This document shows positions 23,851 to 35,328 of a stretch of DNA of 64,000 nt, piece by piece (the first letter of the stretch is position 1; the number at the start of each line of letters is the position of its first letter). Made by a program: the position numbers and the translations under genes. Where the stretch lies: positions 83,886,001-83,950,000 of the forward strand of contig OZ076409.1 in the NCBI GenBank assembly GCA_964187785.1, given 5' to 3'. The notes under the pieces were generated by a model that was not told where the DNA came from, ran no database searches, and was given only the letters and a program-made list of their open reading frames with translations. This DNA comes from Amphiscolops sp. MND2022. Its lineage: Eukaryota.

Positions 23851-26800
23851 TAATTTTGCCACGACTCCAAATCTCTGATCAAATGTCGATACGACAATAT
23901 GTCATATCAGACCCAGCTACTATCGCCTACAAGCAATCACAAAAGGACATCACAGGGACCCCATCGACTGTCTGGCAGCAGCAGATGGTGGAAGCCTGTA
24001 CTCAAACTCAATACATTATCCACAGTGACCACCCATTCTTATATCGACGTAACAACCTCACTAAAGACTCAGAAACCCAATTCCGACCCTTACAAACTGT
24101 CGAAGACTACAACCCCCAATACTACGACCCCGAGTACGACAAAGACCCGTACTGGGATGATGATTCATACGATAAACACAATTTACAATTTCGGAATGAT
24201 GACTACCCGCCAACAGACGATGAGGATGACCCTGACATAGTAGACACCATACTGTCCCGGGCACTTATCGAACCGTGGCAACCAAATTTTGATGCAATCA
24301 AAGATCAGCCACATGCAGAAGAGACACAGGCCACACCTGGCCTCCTCGACGAGACAGCCTTCATACACGTCCTTGTAACTAAAGAGGGAGAACCAGCATA
24401 TATACCCTTATCCAGAAACCTCGGACTCAAATACAAAAAACAGATGCTAAATTTCCTGATGGACTTTGGGGAACTAACCATAGACGGCCTCATAGACACT
24501 GGAGCTCACTCCAGCGCAATAACGGAAGCAGACCTCAGGAAAAAACGTCTCTTGGCGCCCCAATCCATAGTCAAAGTGGGACCTGCCCCGACTCTTCAAT
24601 TTATGGTCGCAAACGGACAATTGGAAACCCCAAAGAGCACTGTTGAACTCAAGTTTGAAGTCGGAGATATCGAATTCCATGAAATATTTATAGTAATGGA
24701 AAAACTGACTGGCCCTATCATAGGACTGATGTTCCTCCAGAGGAATCATACAGTACTGGACATGCGACAAGGCATACTCAATTTCCCATATTTCTCGATG
24801 CAACTCAAAACGGCTGACCATAAATATTCCAACGTACTGGAACCAATACTTAACCCAGACGATATCACAATATCACCCAATGACCGTTTCTTAGTAGAGA
24901 TCAAATCCCAAATCTACAATGAAAATACGGTCACAGGAGTGCTACAGCCCAGTGATCTCCTCCATGAAGAAGGAGACATCACATTCTGTGCCGCGGTAGT
25001 CACATTGACTAGTGGATTTGTCAACGTTCATATCAACAATTTCACGGACCAACCGGACAAGCTTAAAAAGGGACTACACATAGCAAACTTTTCTGTACTA
25101 ACACCGGAACAGATGAAACACGTCAAACCGATTGACCCGGTGTCCACATGGCATCTCCTCAATGAAAATGAAGAGGATGCGATCTACTATGTCAGTAGTC
25201 TACTCAAGGCTAATCGGAACAATGACCAATATGAACAGTACTGGATTCCCACGCCAGAAAACCCAGGGGACGAAGATTCCCATACCCCCATCCAACGACG
25301 AATTCTTCAAGAATTACGAAACCTTCAAGAAGCTGTACAATTGAACCCTCAAAATGATGATGAGTCACGCCGCAAATTCCTTAGCAATTTCGACTGGAAA
25401 GACTCCATGCTGCAACAACACGAAATCTAAAAGATGGAATCGTTTTTAGTCGGATACCATGACATATTCGCACGACACAGATTTGACATCGGAATGAATG
25501 AAGAATTCACGGTCAAACTGACCCCTAAGGACGATTCGCCCGCTTACAGCCAAAGTCTTCCAACTCCACTCAATTTAAAAGAGGACATACTCGTCGAACT
25601 GGCCCTCTTACACAAATATGGCATTATAACTACACTGCCATTTTCGAAATACGCCAGTCCCATATTTGCACAGAAAAAGCCGAATGTTAAGCTAAGACTA
25701 CTAGTCGACCTGCGGAAAATTAACAACCTCATTTCGGATGACTATATAAACAACAATCTTCCGGTTAGCACCCTAACGGACGCTGGACAACATATGGCAG
25801 GAAAGAAACTGTTCTGTAAACTCGACTGTTCACAGGCATACCACTGCCTACCAATGGCGGACCAAAGGTCCGTTGAGATGCTTGCGTTCAATTTTGCAAG
25901 CCGCACCTTTGCGTACAGACGACTTGTTCAGGGCCTTAGCAGAGCATTATCAGCTTTTTCAAGTTTTATGAGGGAATACCTCGATAAAGTTATCAAAGCA
26001 GACCAATGTGCCCAATATGTCGACAACATTGGCATAGCTGCCAACGACGCAGATCATCTCATCATAAATTTGAAAGCAACTTTTGAGTGTATCAGACATG
26101 CGGGCCTTAAACTAACGATGCACAAATGTCACTTCGGGGCAACGGAAATCGATTTCCTGGGAAAAACATTTACCCCGGAAGGTGTCAAACCACAAAAGGA
26201 GCGAATAACAAACTTTCTAGAAAAAACCAAATTCCCCAAGTCTAAAAAGGCTCTGCAAAGATATCTTGGTTTCCTCAATTATTACAGGAACTATATCCCA
26301 AGACTATCTGAAAAACTAGCCCCTTTCTTCCAACTTCTCAAAAAAGACGAAAAAGTCCTGGTGACCACAGAACTAAAACAACAGTTCAATGAAATCAACC
26401 GGGACTTCGACAAATGTAGCCAATTGGCCCTGAAGCAACCTTTGCCAAACAAGCAACTGGTCCTGATGACAGACGCTAGTTTCACAGCGGCCGGCTACGC
26501 CATACTTACCGAGGACGACCCAAACCAGAAATATTCATCTGTCAAAAAATCATACGCTCCAATTGCATATGGCACAAAAACTTTTGCGCCATCGCACTTC
26601 AAAATGTCCATATACGCCAAGGAATTCTTAGCGATATATCACGCATTCAAAGAATTTGGACATATTTTCTGGGGAGCCCCTAAACCGATTACCATCCTCA
26701 CGGACAACAAATCGGTCACGAGATTCTTCCAGACGAAGATAATCCCTGCAACACTCTGGAATGCATGTGACTATGTAATACAATTCAACTTTGTCATAGC

Positions 26801-29075
26801 ACATATACCAGGAAAACACAACACAGCAGCCGACTACTTATCTCGCATGGAAATGGACCCCAGAGAGAAACTGGTCCTTAAAATCCGCGAAGACATAGAG
26901 ACTAAGCCCATCGAGGTCAATGTCTAATCGGCAGGCGTTGCTGAAGAGGAACAGGTTTTCTTCACGGAGAAAGATGATGAGACAGAAGCTCAAGTTTGGG
27001 AACATAAAAAACAAAGCCGAACTAACCCAATCGACCAAGAAGGCGTAATTCAAATTGACGCAATATCTGAAAATTTAGTAGATGAAATTACGAACTTTAC
27101 CCAAAAAATGCGCAGAACGAATCAAATTTTACTTGAACAATCCAAAGACCCTATACTGCGCCAACTCAAAGCCAAAATTCAAAACGAAGACTATTCTGAA
27201 GAACTACTCCAGCAAGATATCCGATACAAACACTACCTTAACAACTTGGACCGAATAGTCCTTAAAGACGAAATAGTCACACGACAAAATTATGATGAAA
27301 CTGGACAAGTCAAGTATCACCAGGTTCTCTTACCAAAACACCTTTTGACAGAATTGTTACAGGCCTTACACGGAACGGCGCACAAACACCCTGGCATATC
27401 GAAAATGTTACAAGAAATCCGACAGAAATATTACTACCCCGGTATAGCAAAACATGTTAAAAAATGGGTAGAAGGATGTGTAACTTGCGCAAAAGATAAA
27501 AGGGTTCCAAACAACACGATAACACCTGAATTGCTTAACTTGCCAGAATGGGACCTTGGACCAGAGGACGCAATGCAAATCGATTTACTCCCAAACTTAC
27601 CAACAAGCGGGGGTTACCAAACAATGATGACAGCAATAGATGTCTTTTCAAGATATCTGTTTGCCTACCCGCTAGTTGAGGCAACAGCCTCTAACACGGC
27701 AAAGGCCTTAATAGACATCATGACAAAGCACTCATATATGCCAACTACGATCATCACCGACAAAGCAACCGCTTTTACATCAAAAATTATTGCAGAGATA
27801 ACGCAAGTATTGGGAATAACCCTAAAATGTGCGACGACTAAACATCCACAAACAATTGGCAAACTCGAGAGAACTCACGCCTCATTGAAGACAAATTTGA
27901 AAATGGCCTCAGGTTAATATCGCCGTCAATGGCACAATAATTTGCCACTAGCAGTGCTCAATTATATTACAACTTATCATTCCTACATCGGTTGTGAACC
28001 AAGCAAGGTCTTTCACGGAAGAATTCCCTATAATGTTCTTGATCATAAACTTGGAAATAATCCCAATAAGGATTTCCTCCCGACGACAGAATTTGCTGAA
28101 GAATTACAACAGAGAACGAAATTTCTCATTGACAAAACGAAACACAACATTATGCAGTCCTACTTGAAATACAAGGAGTACTATGACCGAAAAGCCAAAG
28201 CAGCTCCTCTCAGCGAACAAGATTTTTGTTTTATCCTACAGCCTAAAGCGGATAATCAAGGATCAAAAATACCATTTAGAGAATATCGCTGGATCGGGCC
28301 TTATCGAATTGAAAAGGTCCGCCGGTTAAATACGAATAAAACACAGATATTACACCGAATCCGCCTGAAAAAATTTGTTCCAAACACGTCTTTAGAGGAC
28401 AAATATGCCAAAAAGAATTTTCAACCAGATGATGAAATAATCATACCGCAACCGCAAGATGATTTATACACCATCTCATGGAAAGCAGATTTTGACTACC
28501 ATGTCTTCGAGCCGAGACGAGACGATAATACGGACGAAGAATTACAAACACCAGACAGCGATGCTGGTGTCACGACTAGTGATTACGTCATTTATGACAA
28601 CGCTGATAACAACGCGGTAAGGCCGGGGACGGCCACCAGCCGAGAAGGCACAATCACACGAGACGCAAATGACGTCACCGAATTGAATGAACGAAACAAA
28701 ATGAATGAAAATGTAGCGCGACCGAGTACGGCCGCTAGCCAAGACGCACCTATAGTACATGACGAACATGACGTTAACGAGAATGCTGCGCGAGAAGAAC
28801 AAAGCAGCGAAACAGGAAGGCCGAGAACGGCCACTAGCCGAAATAGCCACAATGGTGGCAATACACCTCCTAATTCAAAAAAGAACGTGAATGACGTCAC
28901 AAATGAATTAGAAGGCGAGAAAAACTCTCTTAACGAGGGGAATGATATTACCGTGCCCGGAATATCGAATAAAAAAGCAAATGAAAAAACTGATGAAAAC
29001 TCTAGCCCTAGAGGGGGGAAATACAACCTTCGACCTAACCCCAACCCCAACTTTACTGATGAATACAGATACTAG
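23850..29075 (+). pseudogene. pol: pol polyprotein (protease, RT, RNase H, integrase) with three in-frame TAA stops
   Basis: ORFs 23856, 25434, 27108 and 27942 are all in one frame, separated by single TAA codons (25428, 26925, 27915). Motifs: LIDTGA (PR); LDCSQAYH and YVDN (RT, second Asp lost); TDAS (RH); HHCC plus IDL/TDKA/KLER (IN); GPY. Confidence 0.95.
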
Positions 29076-29100
29076 TCAGAAATGTTAAATTATGTACCTA

Positions 29101-29106
29101 TTTATT
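29101..29106 (-). terminator. Candidate poly(A) signal for the antisense gene
   Basis: AATAAA on the minus strand about 150 nt past the stop at 29254, in the AT-rich gap between the convergent genes. Confidence 0.45.
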
Positions 29107-29253
29107 TTATTGCCCGAGATGGCATGTTTTCTCACTGAGACCTTTCTGATTTACTTTAAAACAGACTAACTGCATAAATATACAAACAGAAAACTACTAC
29201 GAAGCAAATTTACAAAAGGAAAGACTAAAGTGACAAATGTACATTATGTACAA

Positions 29254-32200
29254 TTAGTCTTTAGATGAACCCTCTCGCAATTCTTGCACTGTCTTTGACA
29301 ACTCATCAGCAGGGAGATCACCGAAATAAGCAAGTTTTTGTGCTTGGCCGGCAGCCCAAATAATCTTCCGAACAGCAGTAGTGGACACAGAGCATGAGCG
29401 TGACGCAGTACTGATATCGACAACAGGAACACTTTTCAAGCTCTTAAAAGCACTGCTGAGATTCTTTAAGAATTCGGCCCGGCCAAACACGTCAGCGTGG
29501 ACCCAAGGGTCACCAGCGAAGTGCCTGGAGCTGAACTGTCCCTCTAACTCACGATACTGGGCCAAGGCGGACTCAGTTGTGCAAATGGCAATGGCTTCTG
29601 GGCAGTTTGACAAATACGACTGTGCGGGCAAAATTACTGCAGAAAGTCGACAACTGGAGCTAGAAGTATCTACATCATGGAATTTGATGGTCGGAAGTTC
29701 CTGATGGGCCTCAGTGATACAAAGACAGCATAACCGGAAGAGGTGGAAAAGCCTTGAACGGCTACGAAACGATGGCATAACGATAAGGAAGTCCAACATA
29801 TCATATATTGTGTTGGGAGCATTCTTGACAGTGCCACAAGTATTTCGGAAAAGATCGATGAACTCGAAATACTCTTCTTGGTAGTCACTCTTGACGGCTA
29901 GGTCCACCCAACCACGGAGGTGGAAGCTATCAAACAGGGCGTTGAAGCAGAAGGTAGCCTGTTCCAAAGGAAGAGAGAGCAACACGTGTGGGTCGAAGCA
30001 ACCCATACCATGTATGATATCAGCGGTGAAATGGATGTCCTCCAACAAAGCTTCCAATAGAGAGACAATGTAGGCGCGAGCTTCTGTCCCAAATTTTTCC
30101 TTCTCCTTAGCGACCATTTCTTCTAGACTGGCAGTGGGAGCCTTGTCAGCAGGGAAACGCTTCACTTTAGCCTGGCAAGCAGCATCAAGGTCAACGGTAA
30201 ATTTGAGTCGATTCAAAAAATCGCGGCAAGATAGCTGTCTCAGATCGTCAGGGCACAGATGAAGCAACTTTGTCCACTCAATGTCTCCGGGGAAGTACTT
30301 GGGCAGAATGGCCCGGTGGCACAATTTTCTGACGTAACGGCAATACTGTCCGTGAACGAACAGTGCTGAGACTCGTCGCTTGGCCAGACTACGCTCAAAG
30401 CATTTGGTATCTAAACAAACGAAGTCAAAATTGAGTCCTAATATGTGATAATCTAGTGAGGTCTCCTACCTTCTCAATCACTAATGGCAATTAAGATCAA
30501 ATTCCAACATCAAAGGAAAAGAGACAATTAGGGCTCAGCTTTACAATGAAGAAAAATGACTAACATTCACGGACTAGAAGGGACAAAAGTTCTAATTTAG
30601 CGGTGAACAAATCGTCCTGGATGATCTCCCACTCCAGACTTTGTGGCTAAAATGAAAAATTATATGAGAACTGGGTCGACAAGAAGGACTACTTCACATG
30701 AGAGTGTTCAGGAAATTAAATGGACAAACAGAAGACTTGTACCTTGTTTCTCACTCCTTGCATTACTTGAGTTGGTGCCAATTTTGTCAAGTAGTCGTGA
30801 ATGGTAGACCAATTCTTTATGAGTTCAGTGCAAATTGTCGGGACCTTTTTGAGGTCAAGGTCACAAGCTGCGGATGCCTGCAAAAGAATAATCCTCATAG
30901 TCATGCTATAAGTCAGGAGGACAAAGGACCTATGGGCTGCAATGAAAATCAGAGAAACGATGGTTACATGATGTAATGCCAACAGAAATTTAAGTTGGAC
31001 CCACCTTACACAACTCTGGACATTGTGGGGCCCATGGCTGGCTTGGACTACCGCGGAGAAAGACGACTAAGTATTTCAACTGCGAGAACATACCAATGCG
31101 GCCAAAGACATGGGTAGTCTGAAGGGCGTTTGGGTGCATCAGGTCAGGCAGAGAAAAGGCTTCAAAGCGGAAGGGATATTGGATTCCGTGCTCATATAGT
31201 TTGGAAGATTCAAGGGCCTGGAACACCATAGAGGAACAGCCGGAGATGCTGACTAAATTCGGCTTGGAGGAAACGCAAGACAACAAGCACGATATGGCAG
31301 ATAAGTAGCAATCAGGGTACGCATCAGACTGCAGATGCCGGTGGAGCTCTACACGGACGAGTGAGTCCCCCCTCCAGAAGCGGATTGACATACACCGATA
31401 GACACCAGCTGTGGTGAATTCAATGGAATAAATCCCAGTAGCAATGACTTGACTGGAGATGTCAGCTAGCCCCCGCATGAAAATGTCCTGGAAGATGTTC
31501 TGAAATGGAAACGGATAATTAAAGAAGTTCGAGACCCATCGACCAACCGGGCCTATATTTAGATATGAACTACAGAACTACTTACGGTGAGAGTAGCAGG
31601 TCCCCAATCGAATGAGGAGAAAAGGGCTTGATGGTTGGTGAACACACCGACCCTTGTCCATAAATTCTGCATGAGCGAGAGGTTGCCATCTTGAGGAACA
31701 AATGTTCCAATTAGAGAAATGAGGGTGCTAGTTCGCAAATCACTGGGATTGGTGATTCCCCCTATGCTGGCCATGTAGTCGTCGTAAAATGGATAACGGC
31801 CTCCCGCATCAATGAGTGGAGCGTCTATGAAGCGGGGCTTCTCCCTTTCCAGCTCGAAAGGAGTAAGGACATAACCGTCCTTCCCCCTAACTTGATGTGT
31901 GACGATTCCAGTAATACTGTCTGTCTCTTGCAAATGGACATAACGCCATTTTTGATCTTTCCGCAGATGCCCTTCTTTCTGGTAATGGCGCAATATCTCT
32001 CTCGCCCCTTTAGAGTAGATGGATACGTTAGTCTTACACAACATACAGTAGAACTTGAATTTGTTGTGAATCGGGTCAACGGGTCCAGTCACAAAGGTTC
32101 GGGTCCATTGGATGCCCTTGAAGTACGCATCTTTCATAACCTTCCCTGGTTTGCTCAATAATTTCCTTTTCTTCCGAGGAGGGCTACGTGGCAATGTCTC

Positions 32201-33466
32201 CATATCTTTAGTCCGGCCAAATGCAGATAACGGTTGGTAGTCGGTGCTGCTGTACCCACTGCCCGATGTAGGAGTAGCGTTATCAGCTCGAGACGTGCTG
32301 GTACGAATCCCCAAGCTTGTTACGGGGGTGAGTGTTAGAGGATCTGTTTCGCTAACTACATCTGTGCCAGAAATCGACCCAAGCTGGTAAGGATCCTCGT
32401 CAGAGTTTATGGCACCACTCGTATAGCCATCACTCACATTCCCTTTTTGGCTGTCTTCCTCCCCTGAACTCTCAGCAAGATGGCGGGCTGGGGTAGGACA
32501 CCTTCGGGGCATTTTCCTCTTTTTGTCCTGAGAAGTCCCCGTTGCGGCATGTAAAAGAAGGGATTTCATCATATGATATGAAGAAAGAGCGCTTTCGTCG
32601 GCAACAGTTCTGAGGATAGCGTGCATCTGCTCCTGATTGAACGCAACGGTAGAGTGCCCAACTGGTAATCGGATTGGTGTTGCGGCAGTAAAATATTTAC
32701 GGATGATGGTTCGTCCTTTGGCTGACAACTGTCTATCGCTGGATTCAAGCCTAGCCCGGTAAGCTTCTTGCTCCTCATCACTGTTCCCAGCCTCTAAGTG
32801 AAATTCCCCTTCAAGGTCCTGAAAATCCTCAGGATTCAATGTAACGTTCCGGGAAACAGGAGGGAAAGCAGCAACTCCAGAGCTGTCCAATAACTCCTCA
32901 GCATCAGTTGTGTCACCATAAAGTGGTGCAGCCCCTTCTTGGGAGGCAATCTCTTCTTTGTCATTAGGCCCAGTGGGGCTAATTGGCCGACTAGGAGTTA
33001 TAACGATGGCTTCTGAGACCGAGACCTTCTGGAAAGCAAAGTCCATGGTGGACATTCGGGGCACTGCACCTTGTTGAGCAGGGAGGATTGAAGCTGATTC
33101 TGGCTCAGGCAGGCTCATCTCTGCGACTGTTCTTTCGATGAAAGCAGTAACGCTCTCATTAGTGGATCGACTACAATTGGAAGTCTGAGAAGACGGACGA
33201 GGAGGGTCAGTAGTATTCGCCGACCCAATGTGCTCAAGGTTATCTTCGTTGGAATTATTGATTGTGGGGACAGTGGATTCTGGCAAAGCCTTCGTAGACG
33301 ACAGCTTAAACAGAAGAAAATAAATTTTTGCGGGCAACTTCCTGAAAACGTGTCCATATGTACTGCAGTAAAACCTTCCGGAAGTGAAAAGAAAGCGATA
33401 TTGAAATCGTTTGATGAAAAGGACAGGAAGTACCTGAACGAGAGGAAGAGCCTTGATCAAGCTCAT
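29254..33466 (-). CDS. Antisense spliced accessory gene, 1151-1267 aa, NLS-like motif plus BED-like zinc finger
   Basis: Exons 33466 (or ATG 33118)-31586, 31499-31010, 30936-30743, 30646-30565 and 30410-29254. Introns are 86, 73, 96 and 154 nt, all GT-AG and phase-matched (0, 1, 0, 1). The spliced frame is open to the stop at 29254. Confidence 0.8.
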
Positions 33467-33805
33467 TTCCGTTCAAAATTAAAAAGACCAGATAGCTCAC
33501 CTGAATTAATTGTCCAATTGGAGATTGGATTGAGCAGAAATGGAAGATCGTTCCGATTGAGATGATTTGTTACTGATTTTCCTGAAGGAGCTGGCGCAGG
33601 ACGGTAGAATGCCCAGGTGGGACCGTATCGGAAAGGGTGTAAAATTGTGGCTATTGTAGTCAAGCCTGATTCCAAAGCGAGAACTGCTGTTGACCCAAAG
33701 GGCAATCGATAAACCAGACCAGGAATGGTGAAAGCGATTTAAAGGGTCCTCTAATGAAATAAAGATAAGAAGAAACTAAAAACTGACTGTGATACTGAGT
33801 ATACA

Positions 33806-34066
33806 ATGGATAAATACGAATATGGAAATGTAACAATTAATGAATTGGAAGAAGACGAGAGTGATTGCAAGAGCAAAGTTGGAGTTCGTGGCAAACTGGA
33901 TTTGATGTCAAATATTTTTAGAATTATGAGAATTATTGTGTGGATGGAATCTGCCAGAGAAATCCACATTAGTTTTCGAAACATGCATTTTCATTATTTT
34001 GTTATCTTGGTTATTTCATTATTTTTAGTTCTTTTATTATTTCCTTATTTGGATTATTATTTTTAA
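33806..34066 (+). CDS. Small ORF with hydrophobic C-terminus (86 aa), uncertain
   Basis: ATG-initiated; ends FVILVISLFLVLLLFPYLDYYF, which could simply reflect T-rich sequence. Confidence 0.2.
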   Translation: MDKYEYGNVTINELEEDESDCKSKVGVRGKLDLMSNIFRIMRIIVWMESAREIHISFRNMHFHYFVILVISLFLVLLLFPYLDYYF

Positions 34067-34488
34067 TTCCACCATTTTGGAAAGCGGACAGAGTGGGCGA
34101 TTCCCATTGGCTGTCGCGACGATGCGCCGCGCGTGGCCTTAAAACTTCATCACCCTCTCTTGAAATTCTCAAGTGGATATCAAGTGGAGATAAACACTAG
34201 ACGAAGTCCTTGAAGGTTCTTTGCCGACTTAGGCAAGCTGAAGTTGATCGTCGGTCAACAGAGCGGAAGGCGGTCTATATCAAAGAACATCTTGGAAAGT
34301 TTCGTCAATGAAACATGATGCGGGAAACGAAAGACCGGGAAAATGTGAAGCAAAACCATCGAGAAATTGAGAAATGAAAATCGCCATTTGCTTCCTAACT
34401 TTCAAACTAAACAGTTACTCTACTCAAACCGAATTAAAATTGTCCTATTGCTTTCAAAATTGCAAAAAAGATAATAAAAGATAGATTT

Positions 34489-35328
34489 ATGGCTCAACGA
34501 TTTCCTGAAGACTTCATTGGCGCAGCGCCTGAGGGCGTAGATATTATCTGCCTGTCCAGCGACGAAGAGGAGGGAATGTGTGACCTAAGCATGACTTCGG
34601 TGCTCGACCTTCAACTGTCATCGGAAGACGAAGAAGAAATAGATGACGAAATCATGATGATGGCCCAGTGTGTCGAGATGGAATTATCATCACCCATCCC
34701 AGTGCCTGGTCCATCCTCAGCGCTGAAAATTAGAAACGAGGCCCCCCGATATAACCCACCAAGGTACGGGACCTCCGGGGCGAGATTTGCAACAAGGCCT
34801 ACTCTTGACCAATCCTTCTTCTCATTAGGAAAAGGAAACGGCCCAATACGGCGAGACGACCGAGTGCGCAATAATCACCCTATCAAGCTGTGTAGGGAAA
34901 TCATTCCCATGGTGGACACTCCCATGTCGCCCCCACCAGAAGAGAAAGGACCAACTTACGACACCTATTCAGCGGACGGTCAGGGCGAGACTACACAGCA
35001 GTCATTGGACGCAGTTGCAAACCATTTCCAAGGAAGGGAGATTGAGACGAACAATCCTATGGCAAATTACTCAGATTGCGTGATATGTGGGAAATCTACA
35101 TTACAAATCCAGTGTGAAGCAGTCACAGATTACTTGCGCAAGACGGCCATTTTGGGAGAATCAGCAGATCAACTAGAAGCACGCAAAAGAGCTTTTTTGG
35201 AAGGAATGCAAGTGGGCACTTTCTTATTACTACCAGGGGGAGTGTCGCAGGCTGCCGCCTGCGATGGCAACATCTACACAATTGACCATACGAAGCCAAT
35301 CGCCCTACCTGGGACGCTCCCATTGTAA
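34489..35328 (+). CDS. Sense accessory ORF (279 aa) overlapping the PPT and 3' LTR
   Basis: ATG-initiated and uninterrupted. Acidic N-terminus with VDIICLSSDEEE and VLDLQLSSEDEEE, and a CVIC pair. The last 28 codons and the stop lie in the LTR. Confidence 0.75.
   Translation: MAQRFPEDFIGAAPEGVDIICLSSDEEEGMCDLSMTSVLDLQLSSEDEEEIDDEIMMMAQCVEMELSSPIPVPGPSSALKIRNEAPRYNPPRYGTSGARFATRPTLDQSFFSLGKGNGPIRRDDRVRNNHPIKLCREIIPMVDTPMSPPPEEKGPTYDTYSADGQGETTQQSLDAVANHFQGREIETNNPMANYSDCVICGKSTLQIQCEAVTDYLRKTAILGESADQLEARKRAFLEGMQVGTFLLLPGGVSQAAACDGNIYTIDHTKPIALPGTLPL
35235..35242 (+). other. Polypurine tract
   Basis: AGGGGGAG abutting the TG of the 3' LTR. Confidence 0.75.

Larger units (their letters stand above)
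22150..23853 (+). pseudogene. gag: gag (starts inside the 5' LTR; one premature TAG)
   Basis: ORF 22150-23595 with knuckle CSYCKAEDHFWKNC. After TAG at 23593 the same frame continues with a second knuckle CPTCRKTNHPAEKC to TAA at 23851-23853. Confidence 0.9.

Noticed and set aside
29254-35328. env gene
   Set aside because: No signal peptide, furin site or transmembrane anchor in either long accessory protein; the motifs are nuclear-type.
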